NCBI GenBank assembly: GCA_003598025.1 | Contig: QZKH01000002.1 | Coordinates: forward strand, 334,501-398,500 | Length of the DNA: 64,000 bases | Reading direction: 5' to 3' | DNA from: Candidatus Omnitrophota bacterium | GTDB taxonomy: Bacteria > Omnitrophota > Gorgyraeia > Gygaellales > Profunditerraquicolaceae | In this document: one piece after another, positions 26,754 through 37,196 of the stretch | How positions within the stretch are numbered: the stretch's first letter is position 1 | Layout of the letters: every line of letters starts with the position of its first letter | Translations under genes and position numbers: made by a program | Notes under the pieces: generated by a model | What the model was told of the DNA's origin: nothing | The model's database searches: none | Seen by the model: only the letters and a program-made list of their open reading frames with translations

Positions 26754-27653
26754 ATGAGCAAAAACTTTCATAACCCGGTTATGTCAAAAGAAGTGCTGGA
26801 TGGCTTAAGCCTGGCACCCGGGAAAACTATTGTAGATGCTACTGTAGGAACCGCCGGGCACAGCGAACAGATAATTGAGAAAATATTACCGGCGGGGAAA
26901 TTGGTGTGTATTGACAGGGATAAAGAATCCCTGGAAGTAGCCAGAAAACGGCTTTTAAGATTCTCCAATTCCACCGTTTTTATACATGGTAATTTTTCTG
27001 ATTTAGAAAAAATTTTGAACCATGAGGGTATAAAAAAGATCGATGGTATTCTGTTTGACTTGGGCATATCTTCTTTTCAGCTGGATAATGCCGAGCGCGG
27101 GTTTACTTTTCAGCAGGACGGGCCTCTAGACATGCGTCTTGACAGAGACAGCTATATATCAGCTTATGATTTAGTCAATAATCTTCATGAAGATGAGATA
27201 TCGCATTTATTGTGGAATTTTGGCCAAGAGCGATGGCACAGAAGGATAGCCCGCGTATTGGTTGAACAAAGGCAAAAGTCGCCGATATCAACTACGGCGC
27301 AATTAGCTGATATGGTTGATAGGGCTATACCTTACAGGTACAGGCGGGGATACAGGAAGATACATCCTGCCACCAGGACTTTTCAGGCTATAAGAATTGC
27401 TGTGAATAGAGAATTAGAGGCACTAGAAACAGCAATAAACCAGGCCATCGGCATTTTAACGAAAAAATCAAGGATCTGTGTGATTTCTTTCCATTCACTG
27501 GAAGACAGGATAGCAAAGCATTCTTTTCGTAAGGCAGCACACACAGGTTTGGTAAAAATAATTACTCCCAAGCCTGCGACTCCATTATGGTCCGAGATTG
27601 AGTCAAACCCGCGCAGCAGAAGCGCAAAATTGAGAGTCGCAGAAAGGATATAG
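26754..27653 (+). CDS. rsmH: 16S rRNA (cytosine1402-N4)-methyltransferase
   Basis: 'HNPVMSKEVLDGL', 'DATVGTAGHS' and 'FDLGISSFQLD'. The start is ATG at 26754. The track N-terminal extension from 26616 (Cys-rich 'STSCCCQTCC') is not credible. Confidence 0.9.
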   Translation: MSKNFHNPVMSKEVLDGLSLAPGKTIVDATVGTAGHSEQIIEKILPAGKLVCIDRDKESLEVARKRLLRFSNSTVFIHGNFSDLEKILNHEGIKKIDGILFDLGISSFQLDNAERGFTFQQDGPLDMRLDRDSYISAYDLVNNLHEDEISHLLWNFGQERWHRRIARVLVEQRQKSPISTTAQLADMVDRAIPYRYRRGYRKIHPATRTFQAIRIAVNRELEALETAINQAIGILTKKSRICVISFHSLEDRIAKHSFRKAAHTGLVKIITPKPATPLWSEIESNPRSRSAKLRVAERI

Positions 27654-27654
27654 C

Positions 27655-28062
27655 ATGAGATTGACAAAGTTTTTGACAGTAGTAAGTTTTATTACTGTAC
27701 TTTCATTAGTCTATGTTTATCAACAGACAGAAATATTCAGGCTGGCTTACCTCGGACAGAATAATCAGAATAAATTTCAAGAACTCCTTGATAAGAACAC
27801 TATTCTTAGATACAATATTAACAAAGAAGTCTCTTTGATTAATATTGATTCAAAACTTTCTCGCTTTTCTGATTTTCAGATTCCTGATACTTGTAAGTTT
27901 GTAAGAGTTTCTTCTAACAGCATTGAGAATACTAGAGTACCTCAAGCGGGATCGAAGAAGAACGTTTTTGCCCAAATATTTAGCGTAAAGAGGCAGGCTG
28001 AAGCTAGGACCATAAACTCGCTGCCTGGGCGAATAGATACTGCATCGGACTTTAAATATTAA
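27655..28062 (+). CDS. ftsL: Cell division protein FtsL-like (small bitopic protein)
   Basis: Single N-terminal TM segment 'FLTVVSFITVLSLVYVY' followed by a coiled-coil region. Positional equivalent of ftsL between rsmH and ftsI. Confidence 0.6.
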   Translation: MRLTKFLTVVSFITVLSLVYVYQQTEIFRLAYLGQNNQNKFQELLDKNTILRYNINKEVSLINIDSKLSRFSDFQIPDTCKFVRVSSNSIENTRVPQAGSKKNVFAQIFSVKRQAEARTINSLPGRIDTASDFKY

Positions 28063-28083
28063 GCTTATAGATCTGGCCCAATC

Positions 28084-29793
28084 GTGTATACCTGGAATCA
28101 TAACCGCAGGACAAAAGCGGTATTTTTATTTTTATACTCCTTCCTATCCTTTTGTTTCTTAAGGCTTTTATATATCCAATTCTTTAAGTCTAGTTTCCTC
28201 GCAGAACTGGCAAATAAACAATATAATTCCTTTGTTGAGCTTGAACCATGGCGCGGGAGGATATTTGACAGGAACCTTAAATTGCAGGCTGTTAATATCG
28301 CCGCCTATTCGCTTTATGCCAGCCCAAACATTATCAGTAATAAAGAAAAAGAAATGATAGTGGACCGGTTATCCCCGATACTCGGGTTGGAGCATAGTTA
28401 TTTAAAATCTAGGATTTACCGCAACAAAGCTTTTGTATGGCTGGCTAGGAAGCTGAATGATTCTCAGGCCGGACAGATAAAGAACCTTAATCTAAAGGGA
28501 TTAGGGTTTATTAAAGAGAGCAGGCGGTCTTATCCTAATGAATATTTAATGAGCCATGTGCTAGGATTTGCCGGGTTAGATAATAAGGGGCTCGAAGGCC
28601 TGGAGATGGTGTTTGATAATTACCTTAAGGGAGAGGATGGCTGGGCGGTATTATTAAGAGACGCCCGTCAAAAAAAACTCGACCTTTATCAGGAAATGTC
28701 TTTACCCAGAGATGGGTACGATATTGTCTTGACGATAGATGAGGTCATTCAGTATATTGCCGAACGCGAGCTGGATAAAGCGTTCGATAAATACCGCGCA
28801 AAATCAGCCACAATAATCGTTATGAATCCTCACACCGGAGAGATCCTGGCTTTGGCAAACCGGCCTACCTACGACCTTAACATACGCGGCAATTTAGATA
28901 AAAATGTAGTACGCAATCAGGCTATTTGTGATATGTTCGAGCCCGGTTCTGTATTTAAGATCGTTACTGCGTCGGCAGCGTTGGAAGAGAACAAAGTAAA
29001 AGAGAGCGATACTTTTTTCTGCGAAAACGGAGAATATCGGGTTGCTAATCATACTTTGCATGATCATACCCCTCACGGCGTACTTACTTTTAAGCAGGTT
29101 ATCGAGCAGTCAAGCAACATAGGTACTGTTAAGGTGGCCCAGCTTTTGGGCCCTGATTTGGTTTATAAATATGAAAAGTTATTTGGTTTCGGTTCTAAAC
29201 TTGGGGTGGATATGCCGGGAGAAATTTCAGGTATGGTGAAAGACCCCCGGTTTTGGTCAAAGACATCCATAGGGGCGGTGCCTATAGGCCATGAGGTGGG
29301 TGTCACTGCCTTGCAATTGGCTTCGGCAATTTCGGTAATAGCCAATGGCGGGCAATTGATGAGGCCATATGTCGTTAAAGAGATAATTGATAAACAGGGA
29401 GAAAAAATCAAAGAATTTAATCCTAAGCTGATAAATAAAGTTATCTCCACAGATACTGCCGCCAGGGTTAAGAGGATACTGCAGGGAGCCGTAGAAGAGG
29501 GCACGGGAAAGCTTGCAAAAATAAACGGTGTAAGTTGTGCCGGTAAGACGGGTACTGCGCAGAAAATAGAGCCAAACGGAACATATTCTCATAGTAAATA
29601 CGTAGCCTCATTTATAGGCTTTGCTCCAGTTGATGACCCGCAGGTTGCGATTGTCGTTGTTCTTGATGAACCGAGGCCTTATTATTTCGGAGGCGTGGTC
29701 TCAGCCCCTGTTTTTAAAAATGTTGCAGCTGAAGTGCTTAAATATCTAAAATTACATCAGGCCTATAGCAATGTTAATTCGGATTCGCAGTGA
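28084..29793 (+). CDS. ftsI: Peptidoglycan D,D-transpeptidase FtsI (class B PBP3)
   Basis: Transpeptidase motifs SxxK 'GSVFKIVTA', SxN 'SSN' and KTG 'KTGTAQ'. N-terminal TM and dimerisation domain. GTG start. Confidence 0.9.
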   Translation: MYTWNHNRRTKAVFLFLYSFLSFCFLRLLYIQFFKSSFLAELANKQYNSFVELEPWRGRIFDRNLKLQAVNIAAYSLYASPNIISNKEKEMIVDRLSPILGLEHSYLKSRIYRNKAFVWLARKLNDSQAGQIKNLNLKGLGFIKESRRSYPNEYLMSHVLGFAGLDNKGLEGLEMVFDNYLKGEDGWAVLLRDARQKKLDLYQEMSLPRDGYDIVLTIDEVIQYIAERELDKAFDKYRAKSATIIVMNPHTGEILALANRPTYDLNIRGNLDKNVVRNQAICDMFEPGSVFKIVTASAALEENKVKESDTFFCENGEYRVANHTLHDHTPHGVLTFKQVIEQSSNIGTVKVAQLLGPDLVYKYEKLFGFGSKLGVDMPGEISGMVKDPRFWSKTSIGAVPIGHEVGVTALQLASAISVIANGGQLMRPYVVKEIIDKQGEKIKEFNPKLINKVISTDTAARVKRILQGAVEEGTGKLAKINGVSCAGKTGTAQKIEPNGTYSHSKYVASFIGFAPVDDPQVAIVVVLDEPRPYYFGGVVSAPVFKNVAAEVLKYLKLHQAYSNVNSDSQ

Positions 29794-29799
29794 GAAGCC

Positions 29800-31260
29800 A
29801 TGAAAATTAAAGAATTACTATCCGGCATAACTGATACCGGCAATATCGAAGATAAGTATAATTTTGCCGTCAACGGAGTATCTTGCGATTCCCGCAAGAT
29901 AAAGAACGGGTATGTTTTTGTAGCCGTCAGCGGTTGCAATAATGACGGAGCAAAATTTATAAATCAGGCTGTAAATAACGGCGCAAAGGCAGTTATAAAA
30001 AAATCATCTAGCAATAAAACCGTGGTAAAAGGAGGGGTTTTATTCACGGGAGTTAAGGATTGCCGTTTGGCAGCTGCGCTTGTTTCGAGGAAATTTTATA
30101 ATTACCCGTCAACACATGTAAAAGTCATCGGTATTACAGGGACGAACGGGAAAACCACTATCAGTTATTTGCTTGAGCGAATACTTATGTTTTCAGGTTT
30201 CTCGCCTGCCGTAATCGGAACTGTAAATTACCGTTTCCGGGGTAAAGTCATACCTTCAGTTAACACTACTCCCGGACCGGTAGAGATACAGGCTCTGCTT
30301 TTTGAAATGATGAAAAAACGGGTCGATTATCTGGTTATGGAAGTATCTTCGCATGCCTTAGACCAAAAAAGGACATCGGGGATAGATTTTCATTCAGCGA
30401 TATTTACGAATCTTACGCAGGATCATTTAGACTACCATAAGACAATGGAAAGGTATTTTAAAGCAAAATTGAAGTTGTTTATGCAGCTGCCGGAAGGCGC
30501 ATATGCAGTTATAAACATTGACGATAATTACGGAAAGAGATTGAGCAAAAGAGTTAACCGCGATGTGGTAACATTCGGGTTGGAAGGCGCAGATGTATCC
30601 GCCAAAGACATCAATATTACTTCTTCCGGATCGAAGTTCATGTTACGCTATGGGAGAAAAAGCGGTAAATTCCAGACCAAATTAATCGGTATTTATAATG
30701 TGTACAATATACTTGCTGCTGCTGCCTGGGCGTTAAAAGCGGGTATAAATATTAATCAGGTCAGAAAAGCAATCTCTTCATTTACGCATGTCCCCGGCAG
30801 GCTCGAGCGCGTTAACAATGATAAAGGGTTTCATATTTTTATTGATTATGCTCATACTCCGGATGCGCTGGTTAATGTTATTAGTTCACTGAGACAGCTT
30901 GCAATGTCCAGGATAATAGTCGTGTTTGGGTGCGGAGGGCAGAGGGATAAAGGTAAAAGGCCTAAGATGGGCAGGGTAGTTACAGAATTGGCAGATTATG
31001 CTATAATCACAAACGATAACCCGCGGGATGAAGCCCCGGCTAAAATAATAAATGATATAAAATCAGGGATAGCTAAGAAAAATTATACGGTTATTCCGGA
31101 CCGGCTAGAGGCGATAAAGGCTTCATTATCTATGGCCTTAAAGAATGATATTGTGCTCATAGCGGGTAAGGGGCACGAAGAGTATCAGATTATTAATGGC
31201 AAGGCGTTTCATTTCAGCGATAAAGGAGCAATACAGCAATGTTTACTGTCGATGAGATAG
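29800..31260 (+). CDS. murE: UDP-N-acetylmuramoyl-L-alanyl-D-glutamate--2,6-diaminopimelate ligase
   Basis: 'GITGTNGKTT', Mur ligase middle and C domains, and 'DNPR'. Confidence 0.9.
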   Translation: MKIKELLSGITDTGNIEDKYNFAVNGVSCDSRKIKNGYVFVAVSGCNNDGAKFINQAVNNGAKAVIKKSSSNKTVVKGGVLFTGVKDCRLAAALVSRKFYNYPSTHVKVIGITGTNGKTTISYLLERILMFSGFSPAVIGTVNYRFRGKVIPSVNTTPGPVEIQALLFEMMKKRVDYLVMEVSSHALDQKRTSGIDFHSAIFTNLTQDHLDYHKTMERYFKAKLKLFMQLPEGAYAVINIDDNYGKRLSKRVNRDVVTFGLEGADVSAKDINITSSGSKFMLRYGRKSGKFQTKLIGIYNVYNILAAAAWALKAGININQVRKAISSFTHVPGRLERVNNDKGFHIFIDYAHTPDALVNVISSLRQLAMSRIIVVFGCGGQRDKGKRPKMGRVVTELADYAIITNDNPRDEAPAKIINDIKSGIAKKNYTVIPDRLEAIKASLSMALKNDIVLIAGKGHEEYQIINGKAFHFSDKGAIQQCLLSMR

Positions 31261-32633
31261 TGAGGGAGACTTCCGGTAAGTTGTTGTCGCGCGGAAGCAG
31301 CCGTTCATTTGAAGGTTTATCTATTAATTCCCGGGATATGAAAAACAAGGATATTTTCCTCTGTTTAAAAGGGCCTAATTTCGACGGCCATGATTTTATC
31401 TTTCAGGCTGTAGATAAAGGCGCTAAATGTGTCATAATGGAAGAAGGTAAAGTAAAACTTCATAACGGATTTAAAATTAAAACTAATAAGAAGGATATCA
31501 CATTTATATCAGTTAAAGATACCGTGTCTGCTTTAGCGGGCCTAGCTAATTTCCATAGGAGAAAATTTGGTATTCCGGTGATAGCTGTTACCGGCAGCAG
31601 CGGCAAGACTACCACTAAGGATATGATTTCTTGTGTTTTATCTTCTAAGTATAAAGTATTGAGCAATGAAGGGACAAAAAACAATCATATCGGCCTGCCA
31701 ATGACATTATTACAACTTAATAATAAACATGATGCGGCCGTTTTAGAGATGGGCACCAATAATTTCGGCGAAATAAGCTATCTCAGCAAGATCGCTGAAC
31801 CCAATATCGGGTTGATAACAAATATAGGAGCTGCCCACTTGGAAGCTTTTGTTGATCTGGACGGGGTCTTTCGAGAGAAATATGCGTTGGTTGATAATTT
31901 AACTAAGCCTTATGTCTGCCTTCTTAATACGGACGATGGTATCTTAAGAAAAAAACTGCGCCATGCCGGCAATAATCCATTTGTCATAGGGTTTGGTATC
32001 AAAGAAAAGAGTGATTTTGTTGCTTCTTCAATCAAGGTTTGCAAGGGGAGGATCAATTTCAGTATAAATAAAAAGAACAAAATAAGTTTGCGGACAATAG
32101 GGCTGCATAATGTTTATAATGCCTTAGCTGCGGCTGCGGTTGCCAGGGTATTCGGCCTGGGGTACAGGGATATTTCAAGCAGGCTTAAGGATTTTATTTT
32201 TCCAGGCGGGAGATTAAAACTGATCAAGGCGATGAATACAAATATAATTGATGATACATACAATTCTAACCCGCTGTCTTTAAGTTCAGCATTGAAGGCC
32301 TTGGAGAGCTACAAGACTTGCGGAAGGAAAATCGTGATAATGGGTGATATGCTTGAGCTTGGGCTCAATGGTAAAGAATACCATATGCAGGCAGTTATTC
32401 ACGCAATGGATATTTGTGATGTGTTGATTACGGTAGGCGAGTTATCCGGCCAGGCAGGTATACATTTTAAATCATCAAAAAATGTTCCTCAATCGATATT
32501 TTCCTGCGGCTCTGTTTCTGAAGCCAGGGATCTGTTGGTTAATAAGATTTACCCCTGTAGGAAGGACATTGTTCTTATAAAAGGCTCCAGGAGGATAGGG
32601 ATGGAGAATATTTTCAACAACAAGGACTTCTAA
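31239..32633 (+). CDS. murF: UDP-N-acetylmuramoyl-tripeptide--D-alanyl-D-alanine ligase
   Basis: 'VTGSSGKTTTKDM' and the Mur ligase fold. Position between murE and mraY. Confidence 0.9.
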   Translation: MFTVDEIVRETSGKLLSRGSSRSFEGLSINSRDMKNKDIFLCLKGPNFDGHDFIFQAVDKGAKCVIMEEGKVKLHNGFKIKTNKKDITFISVKDTVSALAGLANFHRRKFGIPVIAVTGSSGKTTTKDMISCVLSSKYKVLSNEGTKNNHIGLPMTLLQLNNKHDAAVLEMGTNNFGEISYLSKIAEPNIGLITNIGAAHLEAFVDLDGVFREKYALVDNLTKPYVCLLNTDDGILRKKLRHAGNNPFVIGFGIKEKSDFVASSIKVCKGRINFSINKKNKISLRTIGLHNVYNALAAAAVARVFGLGYRDISSRLKDFIFPGGRLKLIKAMNTNIIDDTYNSNPLSLSSALKALESYKTCGRKIVIMGDMLELGLNGKEYHMQAVIHAMDICDVLITVGELSGQAGIHFKSSKNVPQSIFSCGSVSEARDLLVNKIYPCRKDIVLIKGSRRIGMENIFNNKDF

Positions 32634-32635
32634 TA

Positions 32636-33724
32636 ATGCTATATCTATTACTTTACCCTTTACATGAAGCAATATCATTTTTAAATATTTTCAGGTATAT
32701 AACTTTTCGCTCTGTAATGGCTACGATAACCGCTTTTATTATCAGCCTGGTATTGGGGCCGTTTATTATTAAAAAGATCTCCGGCCTCAATATAGGGGAG
32801 AATATCCGTAAAGAAGAGAGCCAGAAATTATATGAGTTACACAATAAGAAACAAGGCACTCCCACCATGGGCGGAATATTAATATTACTGGCCATAACAA
32901 GTTCAACCCTGTTATGGGCGGACATATCTAATAAATATGTCCTCATAGCCTTATTCAGTATGATCTGGCTCGGGATCACAGGCTTTATCGATGATTATCT
33001 CAAGCATATAAGAAAAAAATCGAAAGGCCTGACAGCAGCTTCGAAAATAACCAGCCAGCTTCTGCTTGGGATTATCCTTGGGGCCATCCTTTATTTTGAT
33101 CCGGATGTAAGCACAAAAATCAACATCCCTTTTCTAAAGGGCATTTCGCTAGAGTTGGGGATTTTTTATATATTCCTTGTGATCCTGGTAATAGCCGGCT
33201 CTTCGAATGCGGTCAACCTTACTGACGGTCTTGATGGCCTGGCTATTGGTATTGTGGTTATGGTGGCCATCGCTTACAGTATCTTGAGTTATGTTACCGG
33301 CAATGTCAGATTAAGCGATTATTTATTGATCGATTATATTAAAGGCAGCGGCGAACTTACTATATTTTGTGCTAGTATTATTGGCGCAGGCCTGGGTTTT
33401 CTCTGGTTTAACTGTTACCCGGCTTCGATATTTATGGGCGATGTCGGTTCACTTGCTTTGGGCGGGGCAATAGGCGTTGTAGCGCTTTTAATAAAAAAAG
33501 AACTGCTTTTGATAATCGTCGGTGGCATATTTGTACTGGAGGCATTATCTGTTATTCTGCAGGTCGGTTCTTTCCGTATCAGGAAAAAACGTTTATTCAA
33601 GATAGCTCCCATACATCATCATTTTCAATTTTTAGGCTGGAGCGAGAATAAGGTAATAGTGAGGTTTTGGATTATTGCGGCCTTATTGGCTTTATTCACT
33701 ATTATTACCCTTAAGATCAGGTAA
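32636..33724 (+). CDS. mraY: Phospho-N-acetylmuramoyl-pentapeptide transferase
   Basis: Polytopic membrane protein with 'NAVNLTDGLDGLA' and 'PASIFMGDVGSLALGG'. Confidence 0.92.
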   Translation: MLYLLLYPLHEAISFLNIFRYITFRSVMATITAFIISLVLGPFIIKKISGLNIGENIRKEESQKLYELHNKKQGTPTMGGILILLAITSSTLLWADISNKYVLIALFSMIWLGITGFIDDYLKHIRKKSKGLTAASKITSQLLLGIILGAILYFDPDVSTKINIPFLKGISLELGIFYIFLVILVIAGSSNAVNLTDGLDGLAIGIVVMVAIAYSILSYVTGNVRLSDYLLIDYIKGSGELTIFCASIIGAGLGFLWFNCYPASIFMGDVGSLALGGAIGVVALLIKKELLLIIVGGIFVLEALSVILQVGSFRIRKKRLFKIAPIHHHFQFLGWSENKVIVRFWIIAALLALFTIITLKIR

Positions 33725-33727
33725 TTT

Positions 33728-34990
33728 ATGGTAAATACAATTTTTTTTAAAGATAAAATAATAACCATAGTCGGTTTTGCGCGTTCAGGCCTGGCCTGTG
33801 CGAATCTATTATGGGAGCTGGGAAGCAGAGTTTCCGTAACGGATAGCGCTGATAACGCCGTTCTCCGGAAGAATTACCAGAATCTAAAATCCAAAGAGAT
33901 AAAAGTTGAACTGGGCAGGCACACGATAGATTTTATCCGTGGCAGGGATCTTATTGTTGTTTCTCCGGGAGTTGATGACAGCTCTCCGGCTCTGAAATGG
34001 GCCAAGGAATTATCTATCCCCGTAATAAGCGAGATTGAATTGGCATCAAGGCTTTGCCCGGGTACTATAATTGCGGTTACTGGCTCAAATGGTAAGACTA
34101 CGGTTACTACTTTAATCGGAAAAGTCCTGCAGGCAAATTCAAAAAAAGCATTCGTATGCGGGAATATCGGTACTCCTTTTACTTTGGAGGTCAAAAAGAT
34201 AAAAGAAGGAGATTTTGCCGTAGTCGAAGTCAGTTCTTTCCAGCTAGAAAAGATTGATACATTTAAACCGAAAGTAGCCGTTATCCTTAATATTACTCCT
34301 AACCACCTTGACAGATACAGCAGTATGGATGAATATATTACCGCTAAGAAGAGGATTTTTAAGAATCAGGATAAGAGCGATTACCTTGTTTTAAATGGGA
34401 AAGACGAGGTCCTAAATAAGGTTTCGGTCCAAGCGCAATCAAAAGTCATGTTTTTTTCTGAAAGTGCAGATTTTAACCCTAACCAGGAAGCAGTCATGGC
34501 TGTGGCTTCTGTGTTCGGAATAAACAGGGATGTCTGTAAATCTGTATTTAAGGAGTTCAGGGGTATTGAACACCGTATGGAATTTGTTAAGGAAATTAGC
34601 GGAGTGAAGTTTATCAACGATTCAAAAGCAACTACGGTTGATTCTGCTTTATGGGCAATAAAGAATATAAAGGAGCCGATAATACTTATTGCCGGAGGCA
34701 AAGATAAAGGCGTAGATTATAAAGTTATGTTGCCGGGGTCAAACGGTAAAGTAAAAGAAGTCATCTTGATCGGAGAGGCTAAAGAAAAGATAAGAAAAGC
34801 ATTAAAGGGTTTTCTGCCTTTAGATGATGCCTTAACCCTGGATGAGGCTGTTAACAAGGCTTTTGTTAAGGCAAGGAAAGGCGATTGTGTCTTGCTGTCT
34901 CCGATGTGCGCTAGTTTTGATATGTTTTTGAATTATGAGGAACGCGGGAAGGCTTTTAAGCATGCAGTCGCCAGCCTCTCTGCAAAATAA
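33728..34990 (+). CDS. murD: UDP-N-acetylmuramoylalanine--D-glutamate ligase
   Basis: 'AVTGSNGKTTVTTLIG'. Position between mraY and ftsW. Confidence 0.9.
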   Translation: MVNTIFFKDKIITIVGFARSGLACANLLWELGSRVSVTDSADNAVLRKNYQNLKSKEIKVELGRHTIDFIRGRDLIVVSPGVDDSSPALKWAKELSIPVISEIELASRLCPGTIIAVTGSNGKTTVTTLIGKVLQANSKKAFVCGNIGTPFTLEVKKIKEGDFAVVEVSSFQLEKIDTFKPKVAVILNITPNHLDRYSSMDEYITAKKRIFKNQDKSDYLVLNGKDEVLNKVSVQAQSKVMFFSESADFNPNQEAVMAVASVFGINRDVCKSVFKEFRGIEHRMEFVKEISGVKFINDSKATTVDSALWAIKNIKEPIILIAGGKDKGVDYKVMLPGSNGKVKEVILIGEAKEKIRKALKGFLPLDDALTLDEAVNKAFVKARKGDCVLLSPMCASFDMFLNYEERGKAFKHAVASLSAK

Positions 34991-35002
34991 TTTTTATAAA
35001 TA

Positions 35003-36094
35003 ATGCGCCAGATAAGAATCAATGTATTTGCGATCTCAGTGCTGCTGGTATGTACAGGAATAGTCATGATTTACAGCAGTACCAGTATATATGCCTTAGA
35101 TAGATATGGCGACAGCCTTTATTTTCTAAAGAGGCATATTATATTTTTGCTCTTCGGAACGGTCATTGCCGCTTTAGCTATGGCTATTGACTACAGGGTA
35201 TTAAAAAAATACTCAAAGCCGATTATACTCATCGCATTATTTTTACTGGTTTTGGTTTTGATCCCGGGATTGGGCAGGGAAGTCTCAGGCGCAAGACGGT
35301 GGTTCAGGTTTAGGTTTATAAGTTTTCAGCCTTCGGAGCTGGCTAACCTTGCAATAATAATTTACGCGGCCGACTTCGCATCCAGGAAATTCGACAGCAT
35401 AAAGACATCTATATTTGGTTCTATGCCGTTATTAGCAGTATTAGGTGCGACAGTTTTTTTAATTCTTCTTCAGCCTGATCTGGGTACGGTGCTGGCTATG
35501 ACTGCCGTTGTGATGATTATGCTTTTTATCGCCGGCTTAAAGCCGGTTTATATAGTAAATTTTATATTACTCAGCCTTCCGGCATTATATTTATTGATAT
35601 TCAGTGTACCTTACAGGAGGGCAAGGATATTTGCTTTTTTGAACCCTTGGGCTGATCCCAGGGGAAGCGGTTTCCAGATAATACAGTCACAGATAGCGCT
35701 TGGTTCTGGCGGTATCTTTGGTGCGGGGCTAGGTCATTCTAAACAGAAGCTGTTTTATCTGCCTGCTGCGCATACTGATTTTGTGTTTTCTATAATCGGG
35801 GAAGAACTCGGGTTGATTGGTACGATAATTATAATCGCGTTGTTTACGGCTTTATTAAGGTTATCATACCTGATAATCAAAAATGCCCCTGACAGGTTCG
35901 GGTATTTTCTTTCTTTAGGGTTGACATTAATGCTAGCCTTAAAGACCATTGTTAATATCGGCGTATCATGCGGAATTTTCCCTACGAAAGGCCTGCCGTT
36001 ACCTTTTATTAGTTACGGTGGTTCCTCTTTAATCTTTGATATGGTAAGTATCGGCTTGATATTGAATGTCGCCAGGACAGGAGATTACCCATAA
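35003..36094 (+). CDS. ftsW: Peptidoglycan glycosyltransferase FtsW (SEDS family)
   Basis: SEDS polytopic protein with 'PSELAK'-like 'QPSELAN', 'TDFVFSIIGEELG' and 'PTKGLPLPFISYGGSS'. Located in the dcw cluster. Confidence 0.88.
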   Translation: MRQIRINVFAISVLLVCTGIVMIYSSTSIYALDRYGDSLYFLKRHIIFLLFGTVIAALAMAIDYRVLKKYSKPIILIALFLLVLVLIPGLGREVSGARRWFRFRFISFQPSELANLAIIIYAADFASRKFDSIKTSIFGSMPLLAVLGATVFLILLQPDLGTVLAMTAVVMIMLFIAGLKPVYIVNFILLSLPALYLLIFSVPYRRARIFAFLNPWADPRGSGFQIIQSQIALGSGGIFGAGLGHSKQKLFYLPAAHTDFVFSIIGEELGLIGTIIIIALFTALLRLSYLIIKNAPDRFGYFLSLGLTLMLALKTIVNIGVSCGIFPTKGLPLPFISYGGSSLIFDMVSIGLILNVARTGDYP

Positions 36095-36101
36095 CTTTAT
36101 C

Positions 36102-37196
36102 ATGAATAAGAAAATTAAAGTTATCCTTGTGGCAGGGGCATCAGGTGGCCATATTTTTCCCGCTTTAGGCTTATATGAGCATTTACTTAACCGCGCGCTG
36201 AAGATAGAGGCAAGGATGGTTTTGCCGCGCCGTTGTGTAAATTTTAAATCAGGGTACCCGGGGCTGGTAATTGAAAGAATATCGGTCACTAACATAAGCC
36301 GCAAGCCAAGTATCGTAAATATTTTGGCTGCATGGAATCTGATAAAATCATTTTTTGAAAGTTTATTTATACTTGTGTCTTTCAGGCCTGATGTAGTCGT
36401 AGGTTTTGGCACTTTGTGCAGCGTGCCTGTAGTGATGCTTTCCTGGTTTTTCCGCATAAAGACCGTCATACACGAACAGAATGTTTATCCCGGGCTTGCT
36501 AACAGGATTTTGTCAAAATTCGCAGATAAGGTTGCTGTTTCTTTCCCGGAAAGCGTAAAGTTATTCCCTTGTGCAGAGGAAAAAATAGTTGTTACAGGCA
36601 ATCCCTTGGTTAACCGTTTGAAAAAAGTAAAAAGAGAAGAAGGAATCAAGTTTTTTAATTTAAGCCTTGATAAATTCACTATCCTGGTAATGGGTGGGAG
36701 TCAGGGGAGCCAGGCAATAAACAATCTGTTTGCCGATACGCTAAGCAGGATTATAAATAAAGAAAAATTGCAGGTTATTCATTTATCGGGCAGGAGGGAC
36801 CGCCAATATCTTGATAGAAAGTATGAAAATTCCGGAGTGGAAGTAAAGGTTAACTGTTTCCTGGATGAGATGTATTACGCATATTCATGCGCTGACCTGG
36901 CAATTACCCGTGCCGGAGCTGCCACGTTAACAGAGTTGGTGTTTTATAAGATACCAGCAATAATCATTCCTTATCCTTACGCAGCCAAACATCAGGTTGC
37001 CAATGCCCAGGCCCTTCAAAAAAAGGGGTGCATAATTGTCATGCCCGAAGACATTATATCGGAAGCTGTGTTATCAGAAAAGATAAACACCTTATTGTCT
37101 GACAGTAACGAATTAAACAGGATAAAGGATTGTTATGATGCCGTAAAAAACGAATATAACGAAAAGACGTTTGGAGATATTGTATTGAGCATATGA
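36102..37196 (+). CDS. murG: Undecaprenyldiphospho-muramoylpentapeptide beta-N-acetylglucosaminyltransferase
   Basis: 'VAGASGGHIFPALGL' and 'TRAGAATLTEL'. The start is ATG at 36102. The track start at 36066 overlaps ftsW. Confidence 0.9.
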   Translation: MNKKIKVILVAGASGGHIFPALGLYEHLLNRALKIEARMVLPRRCVNFKSGYPGLVIERISVTNISRKPSIVNILAAWNLIKSFFESLFILVSFRPDVVVGFGTLCSVPVVMLSWFFRIKTVIHEQNVYPGLANRILSKFADKVAVSFPESVKLFPCAEEKIVVTGNPLVNRLKKVKREEGIKFFNLSLDKFTILVMGGSQGSQAINNLFADTLSRIINKEKLQVIHLSGRRDRQYLDRKYENSGVEVKVNCFLDEMYYAYSCADLAITRAGAATLTELVFYKIPAIIIPYPYAAKHQVANAQALQKKGCIIVMPEDIISEAVLSEKINTLLSDSNELNRIKDCYDAVKNEYNEKTFGDIVLSI